The notes under the pieces are model-generated. The model did no database searches. It saw nothing but the letters and a program-made list of their open reading frames with translations, and had not been told where the DNA came from. The translations under genes and the position numbers were made by a program. Positions 10,219 to 19,565 of a DNA stretch of 64,000 nt are shown in pieces. Location: assembly GCA_913043025.1 (NCBI GenBank), contig CAJWLM010000008.1:39306-103305 (forward strand). Reading direction: 5' to 3'. Every line of letters starts with the position of its first letter. Within the stretch, counting starts at the first letter, position 1. This stretch comes from an uncultured Rhodospirillaceae bacterium (lineage in GTDB: Bacteria; Pseudomonadota; Alphaproteobacteria; UBA8366).

Positions 10219-11268
10219 CTATCCATATTTGGAGATGATGTCACAGGCTAAATCACGAGCGGTATTTTCAATATCGCCATTACATTTCGCATGTAGAAGT
10301 ATTTTTCGGTCTTTCAGGCCCATAGAGCGTTCGTAGGATGGGTCATAATGATAATCTAGCAGATGCCTTGCCAAGGCATTCCAATCTTTTGAACTAAAGA
10401 AACATTTCGCTTTCTCTGCAACATCCGCGGGGTGACGAGAATCTAAGAACTCAAAAAATTTTTCAACAACGTTCTCATCCTCGAATACGTTTGAGTAACG
10501 CGCCACCAAAAAACTAGCTCGGTTGTGCCTAGAATTTTCTACAACGATACACCCTGAGTGATGCATTTTTTTGAAAAGTTCCGCTGGTATATTAACATTA
10601 CCAATCTTGTTGCTTTCAGCTTCCAAAAAAACGGGTTTGGACAAATCTAATTTTCTGATTTGTTCCAATAACAAGGTTTCAAAGTACTTTTGCCTCGGTT
10701 GCTCTGTGCCAGGGAAACCACCTAACATTGAACCCCGATGCGAAGCCAATCCCTCTAAATCAAGTATATTTCCACCCAAGGACGAGATATGTGAAAGAAT
10801 TTCTGTCTTACCATTTCCAGTTTTCCCGCTAATTACGATAAGCGTACAAGCCTTAGAGAACTGTTCGATCTCACGCATTACTGATTTTCGATATGCTTTA
10901 TAACCCCCATCCAGGACAGCACATTTCCACCCAATAGATGCACATATCGTTGCAAACGAATTCGAACGCTGCCCCCCTCTTGCACAATAAAACAAAGGTT
11001 TGAATGATTTTTTCTTATCGCAGAAAAATGTTTGCAAGTGAGAAGCAATATTTAAAGACACTAACCTCGCACCGATTTTTTTTGCTTCAAATGGTGAGAT
11101 ATTCTTATAAATTGTACCGACTTTTTCGTGCTCGTTATTTTTTAAAACCGGAAGATTTACAGACCCGATTATATGGTCTTCATGAAATTCCCTAGGTGAC
11201 CTAACATCGATGACCGCATCGCAGTCACCAATATTTTTTATCGTTTTTTCGTCGATATACAGTGTCAT
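10219..11268 (-). CDS. selU: tRNA 2-selenouridine synthase
   Basis: 349 aa. An N-terminal rhodanese domain (DVRSPREFHEDHI, active-site FYCARGGQRS) is followed by the P-loop ISGKTGNGKT, which is the MnmH/SelU architecture. Confidence 0.8.
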   Translation of the reverse strand: MTLYIDEKTIKNIGDCDAVIDVRSPREFHEDHIIGSVNLPVLKNNEHEKVGTIYKNISPFEAKKIGARLVSLNIASHLQTFFCDKKKSFKPLFYCARGGQRSNSFATICASIGWKCAVLDGGYKAYRKSVMREIEQFSKACTLIVISGKTGNGKTEILSHISSLGGNILDLEGLASHRGSMLGGFPGTEQPRQKYFETLLLEQIRKLDLSKPVFLEAESNKIGNVNIPAELFKKMHHSGCIVVENSRHNRASFLVARYSNVFEDENVVEKFFEFLDSRHPADVAEKAKCFFSSKDWNALARHLLDYHYDPSYERSMGLKDRKILLHAKCNGDIENTARDLACDIISKYG

Positions 11269-11333
11269 TCGGTCAATATTATTCTTGTTTTTTAAAAAGT
11301 TTCTGAAATCTTACAGGTGTATTATTTCCATGT

Positions 11334-12257
11334 TCAGTAACCAAAAACTGGGCTGAGATTTTCGGACACTTTACGCTCTAATTCGGCTGTCTGAGCCTCT
11401 GTAAAGTAATCTGTATAACCTCCAATCAGACCTCTCCTGGTCTTATAAGTATTTTCGTCGCTTGGGTCATCAGTGCTTACTCGAAAATCACCCTCATAGA
11501 AATTTTGCGCCTCACGTTTTTTCATACTTGCAAAATCAGCAAATTGAATAGCTTCAGCAATTTCAGAATCAGCAAAATCTAGATTCAAAAATTCAATGAT
11601 ATTCTTAAAGTTTTGGAAAGGATTTTTTCTAAGATCCTCGTAGCGAGAAATAATGTGATTTTCACATGTTGAGATAGTCCGAGCCCACTGATTCATAAAA
11701 CGTATTATTGTCGGCAATCCACCTCGCAAACCAGAAACCCCAACAACAAAATCATACATATCTGCGCCCTCTAAATAACCACTTCGTTTGCTTTGCTGAA
11801 AATACATCGAAACTGCTGTGTCCAATGGATGCCGAATCAACAATACGGTTCTTGAGCCCGCAAAATAACCTTTCCGTCCTCCTTCCGGCAAAAATTCATT
11901 GCCAACCAAAACATGAGCATCATCGTGGGTAAAGAATAACCTAGGCAGTTCAGAAAATATTCGATGCCCATCGGTAAAGTCGATAATCTCATTTTCAGGC
12001 AAAGATAGTCGCTTCTGGAACAAGCGCGAAAGCATCACCTCAACCCACGTTCTGCCGCTCTTTGGATAAGATAAGATGACTGCGTCAGCTCGCATAACCC
12101 CCTCCATCATGCGGGTACGAAACTTATAGGCTTTCCTTTTAAATCGCGGCAAGAATGGATAACAAAATGGGAAACCTACTCTTCGGGCAATACACAAACC
12201 CTCATACATTGTTCGATAGACCATAGTTCCCCGTCGTAAAACAGCATCGACACCCAC
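11334..12257 (-). CDS. Sulfotransferase-domain protein
   Basis: The PAPS 5'-phosphosulfate-binding motif SYPKSGRTWV and the downstream LLIRHPLDTAVS (3'-phosphate-binding region) are present. The ORF begins with GTG. The true start may be an internal ATG, such as the MM pair at aa 50-51 just upstream of the motif. Confidence 0.75.
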   Translation of the reverse strand: MGVDAVLRRGTMVYRTMYEGLCIARRVGFPFCYPFLPRFKRKAYKFRTRMMEGVMRADAVILSYPKSGRTWVEVMLSRLFQKRLSLPENEIIDFTDGHRIFSELPRLFFTHDDAHVLVGNEFLPEGGRKGYFAGSRTVLLIRHPLDTAVSMYFQQSKRSGYLEGADMYDFVVGVSGLRGGLPTIIRFMNQWARTISTCENHIISRYEDLRKNPFQNFKNIIEFLNLDFADSEIAEAIQFADFASMKKREAQNFYEGDFRVSTDDPSDENTYKTRRGLIGGYTDYFTEAQTAELERKVSENLSPVFGY

Positions 12258-12343
12258 TAACCAGCAGGCAACCTTTTATGCCAACAGATATGCTATCTAA
12301 CATTTGAAAGCATATCTGACCACCAGCACATATCTAAGTTTTA

Positions 12344-12703
12344 TTACTCAAACAGGGCTATTTCAAATGCTTGCTCCAAGCTATAGGCATAATTTTCACG
12401 GGCAAGTATCCGGACTACAATTTGCTGTGGTCGCCCCTGAAGCAATTCTGAGCAGTTAATAGCTTCGGAAAACCAGAATGCCGCATTATCCCAATTCTGC
12501 TCCACACCAAGGCCTCTAGCAAACAGCAACCCCATTGCGATTTGCGCCCTTGCATCTCTTTGCTCCGCAAGGGGTTTCATCTCTTTTCTGACGGAAACCC
12601 AATCTTCTCTCAAAAAGGCCTCGCGTCCCTCGTCAAAGCCAGCAAATGCTATGGAAGGCAACATAGTCGCTAGGAAAAATATAACTTTTATTAAAGACTT
12701 CAT
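12344..12703 (-). CDS. Secreted Sel1/TPR-like repeat protein
   Basis: 119 aa. Signal peptide is MKSLIKVIFFLATMLPSIAFA. A Sel1-type repeat is present: AQIAMGLLFARGLGVEQNWDNAAFWFSEA. Confidence 0.6.
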   Translation of the reverse strand: MKSLIKVIFFLATMLPSIAFAGFDEGREAFLREDWVSVRKEMKPLAEQRDARAQIAMGLLFARGLGVEQNWDNAAFWFSEAINCSELLQGRPQQIVVRILARENYAYSLEQAFEIALFE

Positions 12704-13222
12704 TCTTACTCACTTATTTGCTTAAGAACTTAGGAAGCACAAATCCCAACAAACCTGCGGGCTTTGTACGCTTCTTCGTCGTTCAACTAATTCAAAAAAA
12801 TAAATAACGAGTTTAGAAAGTCTCTGTGGTTTGTGACACTAATAAGGCAGTTTTGAGGCGATAACGTGAAATACGCACGCAATGTCGGTTCTTCTGAGGG
12901 GTTTACTTGTGAAATAGTTATTAATGGATCTAACTTTCAAAACGAACCTTGCCTGTCTCGTATCCAATCTCACCACTTAGCATTACATTAAAGCTAATAC
13001 TTAATCTTTCAGTGCTTGATTTGTTCCGCTCTACACTATGCTCTAGCCAGGACGGAAACCGGGTTGTCTTGGTCCCGTATTATCTTAAGTTACGGCAGTG
13101 CAGTTAAGCGGGTCGCTTGATATCGACATTCAAAATTAAGGGATCGAAGCTGCCTCGGCCTTGTGCTATTTTGCACTACTATTTCGAAACATTATAATTT
13201 TAATGGCAGGGAGAGTGCATTT

Positions 13223-14251
13223 ATGCCACACCAAATTATCCTTACGGGGGACATTAATCTTTTAGGAGTAAAAGACCCAAAAGCACCCTTTGCCAGAGTT
13301 AGGCAAACCCTGTTGGCGGCAGATATCGTTATATCAAACTTTGAATGTTGTCTATACGAACCTGATAGGGAACGTTCAATATACGAAGAAGGTTTTTACG
13401 CAGACCTTGCAGCAGGTGAGGCTCTTACAGATGCGGGTATAGGAATAATTGGTAATGCAAATAATGTGAACTTTGGTGGGCCGGCAATCAGAAGCTCTTG
13501 TGCAAGGCTAGATGAACTTGGCATTCCCCACGCCGGTGCTGGCATAGACCGAAAAAGCGCTTACGCATCGGTCATTGTGGAACGCGATGGCATAAAATAT
13601 GGGTTCTTGCAAAGGAGTTCCGTTTACTGGTCCCATGGAGGACACGAAGCTACGGCAGAATTCCCCGGAATTGCAGTTTTAGAGGCACATACTGCATACA
13701 AACCACGAATCTCAGAAACACGTACTCTGACACGGCCCGGCCACGCGCCTGAAATTATCACTTGGTGCGAACCTGGTTCCTTAAAAACTTTCTGTGACGA
13801 TATCGCAGAATTGCGAAGTTCATGTGACATATTGATCTGCTCTAACCATTGGGGTTGTGATCATGATGTCCTGCAGTATATGGAGCAAGCCGGTCGTGCT
13901 GCTATTGACGCTGGAGCAGATGTCGTCATGGGGCATGGCCCACATTTTCCATTGGGCATAGAAATCTATAAAAATAAACCCATTTTTTACAGCCTAGGAA
14001 GTTTCTCTTTTCATACTGGTCACAGCGCAAAAAAACATCCGGATTGGATTGGCATGATGCCTATATTGACCGGTAATAGCAATTCGATCGTTGAAGCGCG
14101 GTTTGCTCTCGTGAGACACAACCAAAAAAATGAAACGTATTTCGTTTCGCCGGCTGATGAAACACTGGAACTTGAAGCAATATATGCAAGTTCAGCGCCG
14201 TATAATACGAGTTTTTCGATCGATGGGAATGAGGTGGTGTTAAACCTATAA
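13223..14251 (+). CDS. CapA/PGA_cap family metallophosphoesterase-like protein
   Basis: The motifs LTGDINL.., NFECCL.., IGNANNV.., SNHWG..D.., and MGHGPH match the CapA family layout. I prefer the ATG at 13223, which is preceded by GGGAGAG, over the GTG at 13163 used by the track. Confidence 0.7.
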   Translation: MPHQIILTGDINLLGVKDPKAPFARVRQTLLAADIVISNFECCLYEPDRERSIYEEGFYADLAAGEALTDAGIGIIGNANNVNFGGPAIRSSCARLDELGIPHAGAGIDRKSAYASVIVERDGIKYGFLQRSSVYWSHGGHEATAEFPGIAVLEAHTAYKPRISETRTLTRPGHAPEIITWCEPGSLKTFCDDIAELRSSCDILICSNHWGCDHDVLQYMEQAGRAAIDAGADVVMGHGPHFPLGIEIYKNKPIFYSLGSFSFHTGHSAKKHPDWIGMMPILTGNSNSIVEARFALVRHNQKNETYFVSPADETLELEAIYASSAPYNTSFSIDGNEVVLNL

Positions 14252-14269
14252 AATCTGTTATTTCCTAAT

Positions 14270-15385
14270 CTATTTTGGAAATGCTTCCGGCCACGCAGAT
14301 GGCATCGCCCGCTCATATTGTGGGGGATAAGCCATCTCAACTCCAAGTTCGTAAGCCGCCCTCCAAGTCCATCGTGGCTCGTATAAAAACCCCCTTGCCA
14401 AGGCCACCATATCAGCTTTCCCATCCTTAACGATAGCGTTTGCAAATTTTGGTTCGCGTATCATGCCTACCGCCATCACTGGAATGTCCACCTCGGATTT
14501 AAGCTGCTCAGCACCCGGCAACTGATAACCAGGCTCAAGAGCAATACTTTGATCAAAGGTTACACCACCGCCCGAACAAGTTACATAATCACAGCCCAAT
14601 GCTTTCAATTTGTGAGTTAACACTATTGAATCTTCGATGCTCCATCCACGCTTATTAAAATCTAACGCTGATATACGAACTCCTAGTGGCTTATTATCAG
14701 GCCAAACGCCTCTCACTGCCTCAAATAGTTCCAAAGGAAAACTCATACGGCCATTTAAATCACCACCGTATTTGTCGTCACGCATATTTGCGAGCGGCGA
14801 GAGAAATTCATGCAGAAGATATCCGTGCGCATAATGTAATTCAATCAGGTCATAACCAAGAATTTCTGCGCGCTCTGCTGAATGAATGAAGGCCGATTTG
14901 ATTGTTCCTATCATATCCAACGATAACATGTTTGGCGTTGGCCAATTATCCGCCATTGCTAATGCTGACGGGGCTTCTGTTTCCCAAGCATGAGGACCTG
15001 TTATAGGCCCCCTACCCTCCCATGGCCGTTCGCAGGAGCCTTTTCTGCCGGCATGACAGAGTTGTATCCCAATTGGGACCTTGCTTACTTGCCTAACAAA
15101 TTTCAAGACACGTGCCAAAGCATGCTCATTTTCATCAGAATAAAGCCCGAGACAGCCATGGCTTATTCGACCTTCTGGCGAAACCGCCGTAGCCTCATGG
15201 ATAAGCATACCCGCACCGGACAATGCAAAATTACCAAGGTGCATTAAATGCCAATCAGTAGCATTACCCTCGTGTGCACTGTATTGGCACATTGGAGACA
15301 CCACTATTCGATTATCACGATTTAATTCCCGAAGTGTCATCGGCGTGAATAGTGGTGCCCTCATTTTATCATTTCCCATCTTCAA
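14270..15385 (-). CDS. NADH:flavin oxidoreductase (Old Yellow Enzyme family)
   Basis: 371 aa. Contains NRIVVSPMCQY, GIQLCHAGRKGS and HYAHGYLLHEFLSP, which are classic OYE/NemA-type motifs. The start may be the M at 15364. Confidence 0.85.
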   Translation of the reverse strand: MKMGNDKMRAPLFTPMTLRELNRDNRIVVSPMCQYSAHEGNATDWHLMHLGNFALSGAGMLIHEATAVSPEGRISHGCLGLYSDENEHALARVLKFVRQVSKVPIGIQLCHAGRKGSCERPWEGRGPITGPHAWETEAPSALAMADNWPTPNMLSLDMIGTIKSAFIHSAERAEILGYDLIELHYAHGYLLHEFLSPLANMRDDKYGGDLNGRMSFPLELFEAVRGVWPDNKPLGVRISALDFNKRGWSIEDSIVLTHKLKALGCDYVTCSGGGVTFDQSIALEPGYQLPGAEQLKSEVDIPVMAVGMIREPKFANAIVKDGKADMVALARGFLYEPRWTWRAAYELGVEMAYPPQYERAMPSAWPEAFPK

Positions 15386-16580
15386 AGCATGTTATGATTT
15401 TGTTTGTTTCCAGCACATTCATTCGCTCCTTGTCATAACCAAGCTCGCTCAATATCTCTCGCGTATGCTGGCCGACAGTCGGAGGTTGCCTTCTAAGGCC
15501 AATATCATGATCACCAATTTCAATTGGTAACCTGGGAAGCTTAGCGGTTCGTCCATCAGGCAAGCTTGTTTCAAGCATTCGACCTTTATAATTCAACTGC
15601 GGGTCATCAAAAAGATCTTTGGTTTCAGCAACTGGCGCGAAAGGAATATTAATTTCTTCGCAAATAGCAAGTATTTCATTTTTTCTGAGGGATTTAATGA
15701 TTTTACGGACGATAGGTTTCAGCCGCTCTTGAGCTGAAACACGATCTTCGTTCGTTTTAAAAGCAGGATCATTTAGCAGATCATACCTTTCGAATTTCTC
15801 ACAGAAACGCCGCCAATGATTATCACTAGTAATACCTATAAATACTTGTTCACGATCATTAGTCTCCATAACCTCGTAAATGGCCCACGCACTCCAACGT
15901 GCGGGCATCGGAGGAACCTCCTTTTGTTGAATCGCTTCACCGGACATGTGGGAACCCATAAGATGGGCAACATTTTCAAAAAGTGCGCTTTTGACAAGTT
16001 GGCCTTCACCAGTTTTATCGCGCTCACGCAGTGCTGCTAAAATTCCAACCACTCCAAAGGTACCGCCCATAATATCAATAACAGATGCTCCGGCACGCAA
16101 AGGCTGGCCAGGAGGGCCCGTCATGTATGCAAGCCCTCCCATGAATTGTACAACTTCGTCGAGAGCCTGACGTTTTGCATAAGGCCCACTAAGAAAACCT
16201 TTTAACGCGCAATAGACCAACGCGGGGTTAATTTTTATAGCTGTTTTAAATCCGCAACCAAGTCGCTCCATCGTTCCGGGCGCAAAGTTTTCAGTGAGCA
16301 CATCGGCTTCAGAAATAAGCTTATGGGCAATCTCAAGTCCTTCAGGCGTTTTCAAATTTACCGCTATTGATCGCCGATTTCGATTGAACGTAGAAAAAAA
16401 TCCTGCTGCAAATCCCGCAAGCTTCCGTGTTTTGTCTCCTGAAGGAGCGAGCTCAACCTTAATTACATCAGCTCCAAGGTCGGCCAAAACAACCCCACAA
16501 GAGGGACCCATGATGATTTGACAAAATTCAACTACCTTCAGCCCTGCCAAAGGCAACGGTTTGTCTTGATTATATGACAT
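15369..16580 (-). CDS. Family III CoA-transferase (CaiB/BaiF type)
   Basis: 403 aa. The N-terminal PLAGLKVVEFCQIIMGPSCGVVLADLGADVIKVE is the family III signature region. Confidence 0.85.
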   Translation of the reverse strand: MSYNQDKPLPLAGLKVVEFCQIIMGPSCGVVLADLGADVIKVELAPSGDKTRKLAGFAAGFFSTFNRNRRSIAVNLKTPEGLEIAHKLISEADVLTENFAPGTMERLGCGFKTAIKINPALVYCALKGFLSGPYAKRQALDEVVQFMGGLAYMTGPPGQPLRAGASVIDIMGGTFGVVGILAALRERDKTGEGQLVKSALFENVAHLMGSHMSGEAIQQKEVPPMPARWSAWAIYEVMETNDREQVFIGITSDNHWRRFCEKFERYDLLNDPAFKTNEDRVSAQERLKPIVRKIIKSLRKNEILAICEEINIPFAPVAETKDLFDDPQLNYKGRMLETSLPDGRTAKLPRLPIEIGDHDIGLRRQPPTVGQHTREILSELGYDKERMNVLETNKIITCFEDGK

Positions 16581-16601
16581 AATTCCTCCCAGCCGGGCAA
16601 A

Positions 16602-18002
16602 TTAGTGGCGCAATGCGCCTTCGGATCGCATCATATCAATCGCGCCCCTAACTGCATCTGCCGTGCGATCAGCATCAGCTTCAGAATGCACCGCGGAGAC
16701 TTTGCCGGCTAATTTGCCATTGATATCAATTCCGTTAACCATCAAGGCAAGCCTGAATTTAGTTGTGACTTCCTGATCACTTTTGAAGAAGTCGCACTTT
16801 CTTTTCATGAATTCAAAGTTTTCAGGATCGAGAGCTAAATTCTCTGGATTGGTAAAAAAATGAAGTTCTGAGAATTGTCCGTAACAAGCCCAGCGAATAT
16901 CCTCTTCAACGAATACTTTATTAACTTTAGAACGAATACTACGGGCAGTATCGATTGCGTCCTGCGTTGGGCTTTCATCCCGTACTTTCTGCAACATTGC
17001 CACTCCAGCAGATGCAGAAAGAGGGTTGGCATTGAAAGTTCCCTGATGTCCAATTTTTTCAAAACCTTTTGCTTCCGCCACATCAAAATCAAGCTGATCA
17101 AGCAACTCAGTGCTACCGCAGATTGCTCCACCGGGAAGACCACCAGCAACAATTTTTGCAAGGCTTGTTAGGTCAGGGATAACATTGTGAACCTGTTGAG
17201 CTCCTCCGGGCGCAGCACGGAAACCTGAAACTACCTCATCAAATATAAGTACTATTCCCAGTTTTTTTGTAATTTCTCGAAGACCAGATAAGAATTTACC
17301 TGTCACTGGTGTTTTGCCGAAGGCTGACCCAGTTGGTTCAATTATCACCGCCGCAATATCATCATGAGATTCAATGATACGTTTTGTCTCATCAATATCA
17401 TCAGGGGGTGCCATCACAACATTCTCAGCAATCCCATTAAGGACTCCCGGGGTAGGAGAGCCATCGAAATGATTAGAAACCCCAAAGGCGACATGGTCCT
17501 GCCAGCCATGATAGTGCCCTTTGAACCGCAGTAGTTTCTCGCGCCCTGTATGCGCTCGAGCTAAACGCAGTGCCATAAGATTGGCTTCTGTGCCCGATGA
17601 GAGAAACCTAACTTCTTCTGCGCACGCAATAAGATCCTTTACGAGACTTCCCCACTTTATTTCTAGCCGATGGCCAGCCCCATAATGAGTTCCTTTGTCA
17701 ATCTGCTCGTGCACTGCAGCGGTAACAACTGGATGGTTGTGTCCTAAAAGAAGCGCACCATGCCCCCCAAAAAAGTCTACATACTCGTTGCCATCAACAT
17801 CCCACTTTCGCGAACCTTTAGCCTTATCAACATAAAGTCCATATGGGCGCAAATGACGAGAGTCATGCGTCAAACCACTAGGAAAGTGTTCTTTGGCTTC
17901 TTTTGCGCATTCTGCGGAAAGCGGTGTCTTTTCTTTATAAGCCGCTATTATTTTCGAATTCGTTAAAAAATCATGTGCCATCATATACCTCTTTTCGGCC
18001 AA
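16602..18002 (-). CDS. Class III PLP aminotransferase (glutamate-1-semialdehyde aminomutase-like)
   Basis: 466 aa. Contains SGTEANLMALRLAR, IFDEVVSGFR and the Lys region TSLAKIVAGG. It is followed 21 nt downstream by the CoA-transferase gene. Confidence 0.85.
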   Translation of the reverse strand: MAEKRYMMAHDFLTNSKIIAAYKEKTPLSAECAKEAKEHFPSGLTHDSRHLRPYGLYVDKAKGSRKWDVDGNEYVDFFGGHGALLLGHNHPVVTAAVHEQIDKGTHYGAGHRLEIKWGSLVKDLIACAEEVRFLSSGTEANLMALRLARAHTGREKLLRFKGHYHGWQDHVAFGVSNHFDGSPTPGVLNGIAENVVMAPPDDIDETKRIIESHDDIAAVIIEPTGSAFGKTPVTGKFLSGLREITKKLGIVLIFDEVVSGFRAAPGGAQQVHNVIPDLTSLAKIVAGGLPGGAICGSTELLDQLDFDVAEAKGFEKIGHQGTFNANPLSASAGVAMLQKVRDESPTQDAIDTARSIRSKVNKVFVEEDIRWACYGQFSELHFFTNPENLALDPENFEFMKRKCDFFKSDQEVTTKFRLALMVNGIDINGKLAGKVSAVHSEADADRTADAVRGAIDMMRSEGALRH

Positions 18003-18705
18003 TACTTAGGTAAAAAACTAATTTGGACCTCGATGCGACTCCGCAGCATTAGATTGTGTTTATAACGGATTATTAGTTAATCCAAGGTGAAAGAAAATTT
18101 TATATTAATATCAGATGCATATTTTTTTATACTTAAAATATAGTGATATCATGTCTGTTTGACGCGCAGATGACAGCAAATAAACCACATAATATAAGCA
18201 CTTTATATTGCAGTTTCTGTCACGTCCCTACCGCATACAAAAATTGGGGTCTCAAACTTTTTACCAAGGCAACCTTATGCAACTAGAGCGTATAGTCTCC
18301 CAAGATACAAATCGAGCCACGCAAAGGACATACGGAACCTCATCATAACCATAGAAAAAATTTTTGCCGTTTATTTTCAATTCTTTAGGTATCATTATTC
18401 AGCTATTTTTGCGAACTAGTTTGCGCGCATTGTGCCTTGTAAGGCTACAGCGCACTTAGCTTCTCAATACCGTAATCGGCCGCGAAAAGCCTCATATTTA
18501 AAAAAAATTGGCTCAGTGCCAACCCTTTTAAATAAAGAATTTCATGCCCTGTTTGCTCATCAATTTTTACAAAAAAACTGGTATATTAGAGCCAACCCAA
18601 GGGCGTTTCTAAAGAACCATTTAAAATGCGATGTTTTTTTTATTAATTATTATTTGCAAAGCGCTCTAGTTGCAAAGATAAAAAATGTGCTAAAGAACTC
18701 TGGAC

Positions 18706-18735
18706 GGTCCGTTGTAGGGGCCATCGCAACGGACC
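18706..18735 (+). promoter_or_regulatory. Perfect 9-bp stem-loop in the presumed proteorhodopsin 5' leader
   Basis: ggtccgttg (18706-18714) pairs with caacggacc (18727-18735). The loop is 12 nt. It lies 52 nt upstream of the ATG at 18788. An AGGAG RBS sits at 18775-18779. Confidence 0.3.
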
Positions 18736-18787
18736 ACAGTTATGGTTTTCCGTAATAGTTAGGGATTAACGTACAGGAGATTATGAT

Positions 18788-19495
18788 ATGGGTAAGGGAC
18801 TAGACCCCGCAGATTTAGTAGGGGTATCGTTTTGGATTATTTCGGCTGCTATGGTGGCAGCAACCTTTTTCTTTTGGGTAGAAAGAGATCGGGCCGAAGG
18901 TAAGTGGAAGACTTCTTTGACTGTAGCCGCGATGGTTACGGGTATTGCGGCCATCCATTATTTTTATATGCGGGAGGTTTGGGTCAATACTGGCGCAAGC
19001 CCGACCGTGTTCAGATATGTTGATTGGTTACTAACAGTGCCGCTGCAGATTATTGAGTTCTATCTCATACTTGCAGCAATCACACTTGTTGCAGCTTCAG
19101 TGTTCTGGCGTTTGCTTATAGCTTCACTTGTCATGCTGGTAGCTGGCTATCTCGGTGAGATAGGCGCTGTTAGCGTTTGGGGTGGATTTGCCGTTGGCAT
19201 GGCTGGTTGGCTTTATATCATCTACGAAGTCTTCGCAGGTGAAGCTAGCCAGATCAACGCAAGCAAAGGCACGGCGGCTAGCCAGCAATGCTTCTCTGCA
19301 TTGCGTATAATTGTCACCGTTGGTTGGGCGATATACCCACTCGGATATATCTACGGATATGCCGGCTTGGGTGATCCAGCCAGCCTCAACATAATTTATA
19401 ACCTCGCGGATTTTGTTAACAAGATCGCATTTGGGGTTGTAATCTGGGCGGCGGCTACCGGATCGATCTGGGCAGCCACTTCGTCCAAGAAGTAA
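18788..19495 (+). CDS. Proteorhodopsin, DTE-motif proton pump, blue-tuned (Gln at the position-105 equivalent)
   Basis: 235 aa, 7 TM. Helix C reads RYVDWLLTVPLQIIEF, giving D97/T101/E108 equivalents with Q at position 105. His75 equivalent is in AAIHYFYMR. The Schiff-base Lys is in YNLADFVNKIAFG. Confidence 0.93.
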   Translation: MGKGLDPADLVGVSFWIISAAMVAATFFFWVERDRAEGKWKTSLTVAAMVTGIAAIHYFYMREVWVNTGASPTVFRYVDWLLTVPLQIIEFYLILAAITLVAASVFWRLLIASLVMLVAGYLGEIGAVSVWGGFAVGMAGWLYIIYEVFAGEASQINASKGTAASQQCFSALRIIVTVGWAIYPLGYIYGYAGLGDPASLNIIYNLADFVNKIAFGVVIWAAATGSIWAATSSKK

Positions 19496-19518
19496 ATAAG
19501 GCACTTAAACCTAACTAA

Positions 19519-19547
19519 TCCGGGCTGGCTTTTCCTAAGCCAGCCCG
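19519..19547 (+). terminator. Strong hairpin after the proteorhodopsin gene
   Basis: ccgggctggctt (19519-19530) pairs perfectly with aagccagcccgg (19536-19547), 12 bp. The loop is ttcct. Only a weak T-rich tail follows (agcttta). Confidence 0.6.
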
Positions 19548-19565
19548 GAGCTTTATGGCTTTATA

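Noticed and set aside
12704-13222. A ~460-520 nt non-coding spacer upstream of the CapA-like gene, examined for a riboswitch or sRNA (for example the segment ccaggacggaaaccgggttgtcttggtcccgt)
   Set aside because: Only short, imperfect helices could be drawn. I recognised no match to riboswitch consensus cores I know (SAM-II/V, glycine, ZTP, preQ1, TPP). It would need a covariance-model scan (Rfam/Infernal) to say more.
18432-18755. 107-aa GTG-initiated ORF inside the long region upstream of proteorhodopsin
   Set aside because: It has AT-rich low-complexity composition (K/N/F-rich), no RBS and no recognisable domain. It runs through the candidate regulatory repeat and hairpin, so it is more likely non-coding leader or promoter DNA.
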